Below, piece by piece: positions 13,801-25,887 of a stretch of DNA of 64,000 nucleotides. Numbering within the stretch: position 1 is the first letter of the stretch; every line of letters starts with the position of its first letter. The notes under the pieces were generated by a model. That model searched no databases, was not told the DNA's origin, and worked only from the letters and a program-made list of their open reading frames with translations. Position numbers and translations under genes: made by a program. The DNA is from Lama guanicoe (Eukaryota), in assembly GCA_013239625.1 (NCBI GenBank), contig MU053493.1, positions 1,125,793-1,189,792 on the forward strand. The letters run 5' to 3'.

Positions 13801-14149
13801 ATTCCCTCGACAATAAAACCATGTGTTGGGAGATGAGGGGCCTTGCCTGCCCTATGGGCTGTCTGGTTTCAGCAACGTGATGCTGGCGGTTTTCCTGTGC
13901 TCCTGGATGCCTGTGAGTGGTGGTGCTGAGTTCTGTGCTGACAGCAGGCAGGATCTGAGCATCTGTAAGATGAAAGGTTTAGGTTGGGTAGGGGAGGGTG
14001 ATTTCTGTGTGCAGAGGTGAAATCCGGCCCCACATGGAACCAACATGAGGTCTCCTCTACTTCTCCCCTTTAATTTGGAGTCTTTTCTTCTTATGATGCT
14101 TAATATTCTTTTGTTTCTTTTTTATGTTATTTTGAGATTTTAAAATGAG

Positions 14150-14537
14150 TATTATGAACTGAACTATGCCCCCCAAAATCTGTATGTTGAAGTCCCAACC
14201 CCCAGTACCTCAAAATGTGGCTATATTTTAGAGATAGAGTCTTTGAATGAGGCAGTTAAGTTAAAATCAGGTCATTAGATGAGCCGTGAGCCATTATGAC
14301 TGGGGTTCTTATAAGAAGAGACTGGGACACAGGCTCACACAGAGAGAAGAACACATGAGGACACAGGGAGAAGGAGGCCATCTTCAAGCCAAGGAGAGAG
14401 GCTTCAGAAAAAGTGAATCCTGCCAGCACCTTGATCTCAGGCTTCCAGTCCCCAGAACTGTGAAAAAATTAACTTCTGCTGTCTAAACCCCCCTAGTGTG
14501 TGGTTCTTTGTTATGGTAACCCCAGCAGACTAATACA
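14150..14537 (+). mobile_element. MLT1B-like MaLR solo LTR
   Basis: TATGTTGAAGTCCCAACCCCCAGTACCTC...TTGTTATGG...CTAATACA; TSD ATGAG/ATGAC. Confidence 0.85.
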
Positions 14538-14774
14538 ATGACTATAATCAAATGAATGTCCTGCAAATTCATAATGTAGAGACTGGAATTGATTTGCATA
14601 ATTTAGCACTGAATAACTATTTGAGGAGGAGGAGGATGTTAATCACAAATATAAAAGTTCAGCAATGTTTTGATCACTTGTGTAGCTAGATACCTGTGCT
14701 GGGGGACTCGGATTATATCCGAACAACTAAAATATAAGCCTAAAGCAAACCTCACTCCACTGCACGTAGACAGC

Positions 14775-14872
14775 AAGGGCTGAGTCCTAGATCTGCTAAC
14801 AATTCACAGTGGACCTTCCCCTGGTCATTTTAGCCCCTGAACCTCAGTTTCCCCTGCAGAAAACGGAGGGTG
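14775..14872 (+). mobile_element. MIR relic
   Basis: GTCATTTTAGCCCCTGAACCTCAGTTTCCCCTGCAGAAAACGGAG, a MIR core. Confidence 0.55.
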
Positions 14873-14990
14873 TTTAAGTTTCTCCTACCTCTGTATATTT
14901 TATGGTTCTCAACAAGAACTCTAAGGGAAAAACGACCTTCAACTCTGTTTTCTGGAACTTGCCATTTTTATTCTCCTAAAACCCAACAAG

Positions 14991-15243
14991 TAAGGGGAAA
15001 GGGGATGGGCAGAGATAAATCTGGGAGCTTGAGATTTGCAAATATTAACCACTGTATGTAAAAATAGATAAAAAACAAATTTCTTTTGTATAGCACAGGG
15101 AACTTTATTCAATATCTTGTAATAACCTTTAATGAAAAAGAATATGAAAATTAACATATGTATATACATGCATGACTGGAACATCGTGCTGTACACCAGG
15201 AATTGACACATTGTAACGGACTGTACTTCAATTAAAAAAAAAA
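14991..15243 (+). mobile_element. Young L1 3' end with TSD
   Basis: Ends GAATTGACACATTGTAACGGACTGTACTTCAATT(A)n; approximate TSD AAAAC(C)CAACAAG. Confidence 0.85.
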
Positions 15244-17276
15244 CCAACAAGAAGAGACCACCTCTTGAAGATTTGTGCTCTGGCACTGGCCACCTCTTCT
15301 GGATGATCTCTTACTTGAACCTCCTATTGTCTTGCCTCACCCACAAGAACATAAACTTATTTGAGAGAAATGGAGGGACTTTATGTTAGGTTGCGTCTCC
15401 TCCTGCACCTGATACTGTTCTGTAATCACACTAGAAGTCTGACTAATGTGGGCATGATTAATTAGCAGGATAATCCATGTGTGTGTCGTAGTCTGATTCT
15501 TCCCTGAAATGAAACGTCCTGGAGTCAGGAAGGGAATAACAAACAGGCTAGTAGATCTGAGCAGTCTGGGGCCAGAGAGTCTCCAGGGAGGCTGTTGGGC
15601 TCCATCCCACCTTCACTGTGTTGTCTCCCCTCTTTTGGCTTTATCTTTCGAAGGTCACCCACAAGCATGTGAACATGTGCCCCACAGGAGGAAAAGAATG
15701 CAAAGAGAATTCTGGCAGGAGAAAGAAACAGAAGAAAACATTGCAAGATAGAAAGAACAAGGAAAGAGAAACAAATGGATGTGGACAAGCAGGTGAGCTT
15801 ACAGTCTTGGGGAGCCTCCCAGGCTGCTTACCCAGGCCCTGCTGGTCCCCCAGCCTGGTCTTGGACCCCAGGACACGGGTCAGGGAAAGGAGCAGGAGAA
15901 CCTGGCAGAGCTGGGCCTCTGTGAGTCTCCTCACTGACACAGGGAAGGGTACAATCAGCAAAACTCCACTTCTCAGAAACACCGAATGAAAAGCAACTTG
16001 CCCACGATTTCGCAGAGAGCAGGCGACGCCCATAACTGCTGAGGTTTGGCCTTAAACAAACACAAAACCCACTGGAGCCTCTTGAGTTGGAAGCCTGGGG
16101 ACAAGTTTGCCTCTTTGCCCCTGGAGAGGTTCGAAGAGTGGTAAAGTCATGGGAGCGGCCCAACTAGCGTGACAGCACATCTAAGACCCACACGCCAGCG
16201 GGAATTAAAGCAGCCTCTGGTGTTTCCTGGGCTTCAGCCAAAGAACGTGGGTTTGCAAGTCAATGCCTCCCAAAGGTGACAGCAATGGCCCAGAAATGGC
16301 TCAGGGCGGAGGCCAGCATCTTTGGAGAGAGTCCACAGGGACAGCCAGAGCTTGGCCTGCATCTCCCCATCTCCCGGGGCTGAGGGCCACCCTGCTCCCA
16401 GGAAGACGGAGAGGCAGAACTCAGGGCAGAGGGCAGAGCAGCAGCCTCTGGGATCACCTGGAGCAAGAACTTCGTGCTGCAGAAGGGGTGGGGTGGGGGG
16501 AGTTTGGCTCAGAAGAGAGTGCACTGTGACCCAGTCCTCGGGATGGGGTGCTGCTCATGACTCTCCCCCTGTGTCACCCTCTTGGCCACAGTCCTGTCCT
16601 AGCCCTCGGTGTCTTCCCCACATGGTAACATTGGAGCAATGGCCCCAAAGTCCCCTCTAACCATACCAAAGCCACTCCAACTCCTAAAGCCCCAGTGATC
16701 TCAAATAACAACCTCACTTGTTCCAATCCATCTCTCCAGATGCACCTGGCACTCTCCTGGCCCCACTGGTCCTCCATAGCCCACCACCCCAGACACCAGC
16801 AGGCCAAGACAAGAGGTCTGTTCCCAGAGTCCCTCAGCGGGGTCCTCAGGCTTTACCTCTTGGACAGAGAAGAGCTCCCACTTTCCTTCTCACTGCCTGC
16901 CCACCCCCAGCCTTCCAGATGCCCGACTTCCTCATTGCTGCCAGTGCTCAGCCCAGATCAACCTTGCTGTTCTTGTACCCCTAGTCCTGACTCAAGGTGG
17001 TGGGGGTGCCAGTCATCTGCTCCAGGAGCCCCTTTGATTGTGGCATCTCCCCAGCGTCAAGGAGATAGCTGTGAAGACCAGAACCCCTTTAAGCACTGGA
17101 GGAGCCTCTCAAGGGTGGTTACCCCAGCTTCTCTCCCTGAGAAAGGGGATACAGACAGCCCCGGCTAACTCTGCTCCCCCCACAACTCTGCCCCTGCTGT
17201 TCCTGTGCCCCAAACACCATTGGCCGGTCCCTCTGCCCCTTCATCCCTGTGGCAACACTTCAGAAGTGCCTTGTCC

Positions 17277-17396
17277 TGTAGGGAGGATCTAGCTCAGTGG
17301 AAGACTGTGTGCTTAGCATGCACAAGGTCCTGAGTTCAATCCCCAGTATCTCCACCACCAAAAAAATTAAATTTTTTTAAAATTAAAAAAAAAATT
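17277..17396 (+). mobile_element. Vic-1-type SINE (short form)
   Basis: tRNA-like head and A tail; TSD AAGTGCCTTRTCC. Confidence 0.85.
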
Positions 17397-18078
17397 AAGT
17401 GCCTTATCCAAGTACCCAGCCTCTGATCCCAAGGAATACTCTTCTATCCCTCTCTGGACCACATCTACTGCACGTGAGAGCCTGCTACACTGTTGCGTGT
17501 GTTTTTTCGTGCACATGCGTGTGTGTGTCCTGCTTCCTCCACCTGAAAGCACAGCCGTTGTGGTCCACACCATCGCCACCTCTACGTGTCCTTCCACATG
17601 GAGTAAAATACCTCAGCAGGAAACTTAGAGCTGAGTAAATGGTGACTGAGCTGAGTGATGAGCCCGTTTGATGTATTTCCCAGGAGAAATGTGGGACAGC
17701 ACTGCAGAATGTCCTGGGACGTCCCTTCCTCTGGGAAACGCAGCCTTTCCCTCTGGGGCTGTGTTTGAAGTCAAGGGAAAATAGGGTTCCCAGCCTAAAC
17801 CACAGGTCAGTCTCCACCCTTCACCAACTGACAAGGCATCTGTGGTCCAAACCAGGCCAGGTTCCACTTAGAGCTACTCACATATCCCTCGGACTCCTCT
17901 GATTTATGCAAATGAATTTTTCTTTCCAATTACAAGTGCAGGAAGGACCAAAACTTAGATGACTATATTCATATTTTATCAATATCTGGTGATTCAATTC
18001 TTGATTTTTTTTCATGGGATGTCTCTCTGAATGACCTGTCGCAAGAACAAGCAGCAAAATCTTTTATTAAGGATTGAA

Positions 18079-18235
18079 GGGGAGGGTACAGCTCAGTGGT
18101 AGAGTGCATGCCTAGAATGCATGAGGTCCTGCGTTCAATTTCCAAATACTTCATTAAAAATAAATAAATAAACCTAATCACCTGCCCCCCAAAACAAAAA
18201 TAAAAACAAAAAAAAACCAAAACAAAACAAAACAA
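18079..18235 (+). mobile_element. Vic-1-type SINE
   Basis: tRNA-like head, AAACCTAATCACC body; TSD AAGRATTGAA. Confidence 0.85.
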
Positions 18236-18744
18236 AAGAATTGAAAACTAAGGGGCCCGCGGGGAAATAGCAAAGGCCGGTCCCCTGTGCCTACGGTTTT
18301 CTGTTTCATGTGCTCTGCGCCATGGGAATTAACCATTTCATCACCAGCCAACTTCATGGACAAGCTACCATCACCAGCACCGGCTGGCACAGGAGTCAAC
18401 TGAGGCATGGAGAGGCTAAATCACTTCTCCAAAGTCAAGCAAGCACCACGTTCTCAGGGACTTGGCATTGTTGGCTGCTCGGTAATCGGCCGTGCTCCAG
18501 GCTCAGCCAGGACAGGGTGCCAGGAGGGCTCCTCCCTGGCTCTGGAACTTCCCCAGGAAGTGAGGGGTCCGTGCCTCTCACCTTCTGTTCCATATGTGCA
18601 GGGAATTTTTAAACACCCAGGTAGTGGTCAGCCCAGGAAAGATGTGGAATGCTGCTTGCTGAACTCAAAGTGCCAAAAGGGTGACCCAGCAAAGCTGAGC
18701 GCCAAGAGAACCATTTTCTTTCCTTGAATCTAAGGGACAGAGCC

Positions 18745-18997
18745 TCCTTTGAACAGCCAGCGCCAACTTGCCAGCTGTGTGAGTGGCCACCATGAAAGTG
18801 GCTGCCCCAGCCCCACTCAAGCCTTCGGATGATGCATTCCCAGCTGCAACCCTACAGGGTCCCTGAGCTAGGGGCACCCCCTCAAACCTACCTAGGTCCT
18901 GATCCAGAGAAACTGTGTAAGGTGATAAATGTTTGTTGTTTTAAGCTGCTGAATGGGGGAAAGGGAGGTTTGTTGCACTGAAATAGGTACTTATTCA
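18745..18997 (+). mobile_element. MLT1 (F/G-like) LTR 3' part
   Basis: CCAACTTGCCAGC...AAGCCTTCGGATGA...AGAAACTGTG...ATAAATGTTTGTTGTTTTAAGCTGCT. Confidence 0.65.
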
Positions 18998-19019
18998 GAT
19001 TATATCTCCTGTATTAGAC

Positions 19020-19135
19020 TATAGTTTCCTTACAACGATTATTCAGTTATCATGTTGTATCTAGCACAGTGCCCAGAGCCTAAGAGGTCCTCCTGAAATG
19101 TTCATTGCATACGTGAATGAACCAATGAATGTCTG
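19020..19135 (+). mobile_element. L2 3' end relic
   Basis: CTAGCACAGTGCCCAG...AAATGTTCATTG...GAATGAACCAATGAATG. Confidence 0.55.
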
Positions 19136-19188
19136 ATCAACTTCAAGGACTGATTTTATTTGTCACACGTTTATTAAGAACCTAACTG

Positions 19189-19445
19189 GGAGTTTGGGAT
19201 TTGCAGATAACACTACTATATACAAAATAGATAAACAACAAGGTCCTATTGCACAGTACAGGGAAGTACATTCAATTTCTTGTGATAACATACAGTGGAA
19301 AAGAATCTGAAAAAAAATGTATGTATATCTGTAACAGAATCACTATGCTCTGCACCAGAAATGAACACAGCACTGCAAACTGACTCTATTTCAATACAAA
19401 TAATAATAATAAATAAAAAGGAAAAATAAATAAAAAGGAAAAAAA
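19189..19445 (+). mobile_element. L1 3' end with TSD
   Basis: Same 3' UTR family; TSD AAGAACYTAAYTG (19176-19188 / 19446-19458). Confidence 0.85.
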
Positions 19446-20264
19446 AAGAACTTAATTGAAGTCAGGCATTGAGCGGGACTCAGGTACACGTCTGAGTTGG
19501 GGCCCCAGAGGGCAAGTCTGAGATGAGCTATGTGCATGCTGAGTCAGCCAGCCAAGGCTGGGGGCTGGGTGTTCATGCCTCTCTCCCCACTGACCACTCT
19601 GGTTGAGGCTGCTTCAGGGTATTCACGTTCTGCCATTTCTGGCTTGTCCTGTGAGTGGGTCCAGGCACACTCCCAACGTGGAAACCGAAGTGCTCAGGAG
19701 GAGAACCTCAGGCATGTGCAGCAAGCAGGTTCTGGCACAAGGCAGGGTACCAGCAGCGTCTGCCATTGGATGACGTGTAAAGGGCTTGCCCAGCTCTAAG
19801 GGGCTCAGATTAGTGTTTAAACCAAAGAACCATGATTATAATAAAATATCAGGGGGAAATAATGAAAGTAAGTTGCTAGAGCTATGAATGCTCTCACTGC
19901 CTAGGGGGTTATGGAAGACTTCCATAACCCCCTAGGCAGTGAGAGGTGACGGATGGGTGGGAGGTGACGGATGAACTGAACCAGTGCTGCAGAGTGATTG
20001 AGAATTTGCCAGGAGGACGAAGCAGGGTGGGTGAGCTGGGAGGAGGGGGCAGCGTGTACAAGGGTGTGAAAGCATGAAACACACTGTGTCAGGGATGGAA
20101 ATGCCCACTTGTACCCTGGGTCTCAGCTGTGAGGGAGCCAGCAAGACAGGGGAAAGCCTGCAACCAAGGCACTTTAGCTCTGGAGGTATTTCCTGGAGGC
20201 AGAAGTGCCACCACTATCTGGCCACCTGAACCTTGTGGATCAGGACTCTAGGACTGGAGTCTAT

Positions 20265-21150
20265 ATTCCTGACCTTCCCAATATTTTCAACATTACTAGA
20301 CTTCCCATCACTCCCAACAGTCCCCAAATTCCCAACATTATCAACATGCCCAACATTCCAACACTCTCAATAGTCCCTAAATTTCAAACATTCCTATCAC
20401 CACCAATATTCCCAACACTCCCAATATTTCCAACACTCCCAACATTCCCAACACTCCCAACACCCTTACATTCCCAACACCCCTACATTCCCAACACCCC
20501 TACATTCCCAACACCCCCAACATTCCCAACCCCCCAAAATTCCCAACACCCCTACATTCCCAACACTCCCAACATTCCCAACACCCCAACATTCCCAACA
20601 CCCCTACATTCTCAACACTCCCAACATTCCCAACACCCCCAACACCCAACTTTCCCAACACCCAAACATTCCCAACACTCCCAACATTGTCAACACCCCT
20701 ACATTCCCAACACCCCCAACATTCCCAACACCCCCAACATTCCCAACACCCCTACATTCCCAACACTCCCAACATTCCCAACACCCCCAACACCCAACTT
20801 TCCCAACACCCAAACATTCCCAACACTCCCAACATTCCCAGCACCCCCAACATTGCCAACACCCCTACATTCCCAACACTCCCAACATTCCCAACGCCCC
20901 AACATTCCCAACACTCCCAACATTCCCAACACTCCCAACATTCCCAACACCCCAACATTCCCAACACCTCAACATTCCCAACATCCCAACATTCCCAGCA
21001 CCTCAACATTCCCAACATTCCCAATATAACTCGAATTCCCAACAAGCTTAACACCAACTTTCACAACATTCACAACATCCCTAACACCCCAACATTCCCC
21101 AAATCCCCAATAAACACTCCGAACATTCCTAACCATCTCAACCCTCCCAG
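20265..21150. repeat. C-rich minisatellite, ~9-bp period (CCCAACATT/CCCAACACT/CCCAACACC)
   Basis: Directly visible; homogeneous core at ~20410-21025 with degenerate flanks. Confidence 0.95.
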
Positions 21151-21296
21151 GAAGCATCATGTACCAGATGAGATCCCGGCCTCTGAAGCTGAGCAAACCA
21201 AAGGCCTGTCCCTGCTGTGATGAGTGAGGACTGGGGTCTTTCCTGTGTGTTTTTGTGACTGTAGGGCAACTAAAACTCTTGCCTATATTTGGAAGT

Positions 21297-21658
21297 TGTT
21301 ATAGACTGAATATTTGCATCCCAGAAAAATTTATATATTGAAGCCCTAACCCTCAATGTGATGGTGCTAGGAGATGTGGTCTTTGGGAGGTGATTGGGTT
21401 TAGAGGAGGTCATGAGGGGGGAGCCCCCTGATGTATTAGTGCCCCGATAAGAAGAGACTTCTTGTTCTCTCTCTGCCACGTGAGGACACAGTGAGAAGGT
21501 GGCTTTGTACAAGCCAGGAAGCAGGTCCTCACCAGAGCCTGACCCCACTGGCACCCTGGCCCTGGTCTTCTAGCCTCCAGAGTGTGAGAAATAAATGTCT
21601 GTTACTTAAGCCACTCAGTGAATCGCATTTTGTTATGTAAGCCAAGCTGACCGAGACA
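21297..21658 (+). mobile_element. MLT1A-like MaLR solo LTR
   Basis: TGTTATAGACTGAAT...TGAAGCCCTAACCCTCAATGTGATGGT...GTGAGAAATAAATGTCTG...GAGACA. Confidence 0.85.
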
Positions 21659-21895
21659 GAGACTGCTTGGAGAGGCTGGGACTTGCCTTCAACTGCAGAA
21701 GCCAGGATGTTGCCAATACTCTGGTTCTATAACCCCCAGAAGCTGGAGCACAGGCTGGGGCCTGCACCAGGCCCTGGGGTGTGGGTCTGAAGGGAACACA
21801 AGGGTGTTGACACTGACACCTGGGGACTTGAAGCATCCTCATGGCCCTCCTGCTAGAGCGGGGACCCTGGAGGTCAGATAATAAATGGGGGTCTA

Positions 21896-22354
21896 CATAA
21901 AATATAACAAAATAATGCCATTTGCAGCAACATGGATGGACCTGGAGACTGCCATTCTACGTGAAGCAGCCAGAAAGAGAAAGAAAAATACCATATGATA
22001 TCAGTTATATGTGGAATCTAAAAAAAAAAAGATGAATTTATTTACAAAACAGAAATAGACTCACAGACATAGAAAACAAACTTATGGTTACTGGTGGGGT
22101 GAAGGAGGTGGGAAGGGATAAATTGGGAGTTCAAGATTTGTAGATACTAATATATATAGAATAGATAAATTAGTGTATGCTGTATAGCACAGGGAACTAT
22201 ATTCAGTATCTTACAGTAACTTATTGTGAAAAAGAGTATGAAAACGAATATATGTATGTGTATGTATGGCTGAAACATGATGCTGTGCACCAGAAACTGA
22301 CACAACATTGTAAACTGACTACACTTCAATAAAAAATATATATATATACACAAA
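21896..22354 (+). mobile_element. Young L1 3' end with TSD
   Basis: ATGCCATTTGCAGCAACATGGATGGACCTGGAG...GAAACTGACACAACATTGTAAACTGACTACACTTCAATAAAA; TSD AAATGGGGGYCTA. Confidence 0.9.
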
Positions 22355-23948
22355 AAATGGGGGCCTAGTCCAGGCCTCTCAGGGCTGGGGGGCTGTGTGG
22401 GAGTTACGGGAGGAAGATATGCAAGGAACACAGTCATCTCTCAATTCATGCCCAGTATTGGGGTTTTTTTTTCAGAATTTGTTAGTGTTTTGTGGGCTCC
22501 TACAAAAGGATCCTTTCTCATACAGGGTGAGTGGTTTTGCTCTAACCCAGCTCTCCTTTTAACTAAAGATGGACTTTCACAGAATTTTCTTTCTGTGCCT
22601 CCACATTCTCCATCCTGGGGGACCCATCCTCCTGTTTCCCTGAGTCCTGCCAAGTGCACATCAAAGGGAGGTGAACTGCCGCCATCAGTTCCTCTAGATG
22701 AGATCATCCCTTCTCTGGAGTTTTACTGCTGCAGAGGAAGAAAATTGTTCTCAACATTATTACTGTGATTTGAGTCTCCGGTTTTATGATTTTCATTTGT
22801 GTTTTTGTCCTAGGAATAAAGAAATTTGGCAATTTTATGTGCCTTTGGTTTCTTTTGGCGGGGTGAGGAAGGTGGGGCAGTTTCCATCGCAGTAAAAGAT
22901 TCACTCCATAGTGACATTTACAGTGTCTCAACTACAGGTAGGAGTCTATTTGTACTTTTAAGCCTTGGCAAAGATTTCACCCAACTATATCTCTGTTTTT
23001 TACCTGCTTAAAATTTGCTCTAAAAGATTAAAAAAAATCTAAGTTTTCAAGAAACATAACTTTTATGTTTATGCCACATAATTTATTTTGTAAGCCTCCT
23101 TCCGCCGGTGGGAGAAATGAAATTTCAGGCAACTCAGGCCTCCCCTCGCCACATACACACATACACACACACACACACACCCCTCCTTCCTTCTTCCTGC
23201 CAGTGGCAACTGTGTTTTGGATAGTTTCTTGGTGTCGTGGCCTCAGGGGTGACAGCGATGGCTGTCTGTTCTTCTTGAGTCATCCTCTGCCTGCTGTCCC
23301 CTGAAGGGTGCATCTGCACCGGGGTCACTGTCACCACCATGCACAAGTTTCTGCTCAGTCACTCTCATTTCTGGTTGCAGGGTCCCTTCAACCCAGCTAC
23401 CTGGGTCTCCTCTTAAAGACCTCAAAGTAGCCTACTTCAGTCTACGCCACTGAGGGGCCGCGGTGGGACAGAGGTGGCCTTCTCCTGACACTTGGGGAAT
23501 TGTTTCATTGCTTTCTAGGCAACCTGGGAGTGCAGGGGAGCTCTGTGATCAGGATGAATCCTTTTGCTTCCAAGACCCACATGCCTAGGGCCACATCTGC
23601 GCTCAGGTGGAGTGGGGCACTCAGGGACCTCGTGAGCCATTGGGGGCCCCATCCTTCTGCTTCCCTGAGACCCCTGGATTCTGCCCCACCCTCTGGCCAT
23701 CTCCACCTCCACCTCCCTGCCAGGGCTTTCCAGGCGGCTTGCTCTGGGCCTCCAGCTCTGAATCCCACAACTCCACATTTGCCCTTTTCTTCTCTGATAT
23801 CCTCCCATCCCACCCCTTGCCCAGGAAAACTTCACCTACTATTAAGGTTGGGAGAAACTGACTCAAAATGAGCACAAATTTTTCTTTTACCCTTTTCAGA
23901 TAACTTTTATTACAGCATATTGTTATGATTGTTCTAATTTATTAATCA

Positions 23949-24034
23949 TTTTTTAATTTTTTAAATTGAAGTATAGCTGATTTACAGTGTTGTGCTAGTT
24001 TCAGGTGCACAGCATTGTGATTCAGATATATGGC

Positions 24035-24090
<56 letters not shown>

Positions 24091-24164
24091 CTTTTGCAGA
24101 CTCTTTCAGATCCATTAAGGGTTATTACAAGCTATATATATAGTTTCCTGTGCTACACAGTAGG
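23949..24164 (-). mobile_element. L1 3' end (antisense) containing a (TCTA)n microsatellite
   Basis: TTGAAGTATAGCTGATTTACAGTGTTGTG...TATAGTTTCCTGTGCTACACAGTAGG. Confidence 0.8.
24035..24089. repeat. (TCTA)n microsatellite
   Basis: About 13 perfect units. Confidence 0.95.
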
Positions 24165-24603
24165 AATAAATGAAAGTAAAATACAATCTTTAACTTTTCT
24201 TATTCTTGATTGATCTAAAAGAGAACTGCGTGTTTAAAGCAGTACTAGTGATGAGGTATTAGGAAATTATGCATGTGGATGAGTAAGTGAATGACAGCAG
24301 CATCACAAAGAATGAGAGAGGGAATTGGGAACATGTGGTTATAAGATGTCTGTACTGCAGGTGAAGCTGAATAGTGTTATTTGAAGGTGTACAAAAGTCA
24401 GTGAAAAATGTATATTGTAAATGTATACTGAACCACTAAAAGTTCTTAAAAGAAGTACAGCTGAGGGTTAAGAGAGCAGATAAAATGAAACCATATAAAA
24501 TGCTCAGTTAAAACCAGAGAGGGCAGAAAAATGAGTCACAGGCAACCAGTAGAAAATAGTTATAAACATGGTTGATATTAATCCAAATATATCAATGATT
24601 AGT

Positions 24604-24734
24604 GGGGAGGGTATAGCTCAGTGGTAGATCATGCACTTAGCGTGCACAAGGTCCTGGGTTCAATCCCCAGTACCTCCATTAAAAATAAATAAATAAAAAC
24701 CTAATTAGTCCCCTACAAAAATTAAAAACAAACA
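24604..24734 (+). mobile_element. Vic-1-type SINE inserted at the L1 ORF2 start
   Basis: GGGGAGGGTATAGCTCAGTGGTAG...GGTTCAATCCCCAGTACCTCCA; TSD CAAATATATCAATSAT. Confidence 0.9.
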
Positions 24735-25821
24735 CAAATATATCAATCATCATGTTCAACATGAATGGTTTAAACACATCAATTAAAAGACAGATGTTGC
24801 CAGAGTGGATAACAACACAAGACCCAACCATATGGTGTCTACAAGGAGCCTACCTTAAACCAAAGTCTGTTTGGTTAAAAGTAAAGGTGTGAAGAAAGAT
24901 TTACCATGCTAGCCCTAATCAAAAGAAAACTAGAGTAGCTAAAATGGTTTCAGACAAACAGACTTGAGAACAAGGGACCTTATTAGGAATAAAAGTGGGG
25001 GAAACTACACAATCATAAAGAGGCCAATTCTCCAAGAAGACAAAATAATTCTAAGTTGTTTGCACCTAACAAAAGAGCATCAAAATAGGTGAGGCAAAAA
25101 TTGATAACCATAAAAAAGGAAATTGAACAATCTACTGTTAGAGTTAGACACTTCGGGAGTCCTCTTTGGATAGTTCAAACAGGCAGAAAATCAGTAAGGA
25201 CACAGGTGACCTGAACAGCACAATCAGTCACCTTTATCTAACTGACGTTTATAATTACTCTACCTAAGGACAGCAAAATATGCATTATCCCCAAGCTCAC
25301 ATGGAATATTCATCAACAAAGACCACATTCTAGGCCACAAAACAAACCTTACACATTATAGAAAAGTATAAATTACACAGTGTGTTCTTAGACTGCAATT
25401 GAATTAATCTAGAAATCAAGAACAGAAAAGTAGCTGAAAATCCCCAGTTAGTTGGAAACTAAACAAATGCATTTCTAAAAATACTTGGGTCAAAGAAGAA
25501 CTCTCAAGTGTAATCAAAATATACTTAATTAAACCAAAGTAGACATATAACCTATCAAGCGAGGATGTGCTGTTTGCAGCAAAAGCAGTGCTTAGAGCAA
25601 AAATTATGGCATTAAAGGGAAAAGAAGAAAGCAAAAAATTGACAATTTAAGCTCCAGTAAAACTTGTATTGAGCAATTTAAGCCTAAGCAAACAGGGAAA
25701 AAAGAGAAATAATAAAAACTAGAGAAGAAATAAATGAAATTGAGAAACAGGAAAACAATAGAGAAAATTTACAAAACACAAAACTGATTCTTTGAAAAGA
25801 TCACTAAAATTTATAAAACTG

Positions 25822-25887
25822 AAAAAAATACTATATACCAGAAATTGACACAACATTGTAAACTGCCTATACTTCAATTAAAAAAAG
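25822..25887 (+). mobile_element. 66-bp L1 3' end with a perfect 15-bp TSD
   Basis: CCAGAAATTGACACAACATTGTAAACTGCCTATACTTCAATTAAAA; TSD AAATTTATAAAACTG (25807-25821 / 25888-25902). Confidence 0.9.

Noticed and set aside
20265..21150. CRISPR array or interstitial telomere
   Set aside because: There are no unique spacers or cas genes, the DNA is mammalian, and the unit is not TTAGGG.
20205..21220. 274-aa and 177-aa Pro/Thr/Asn-rich ORFs resembling mucin or extensin
   Set aside because: By-products of a stop-free 9-bp repeat. The reading shifts between PTF, PNI and SQH registers at indels; the starts are GTG and TTG; there is no signal peptide or splice support.
24604..24680. tRNA-Ala(AGC)-like sequences here and at seven other sites
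   Set aside because: Each has a SINE body or A-rich tail, usually a TSD, and stem-breaking substitutions. They are SINE heads, not tRNA genes.
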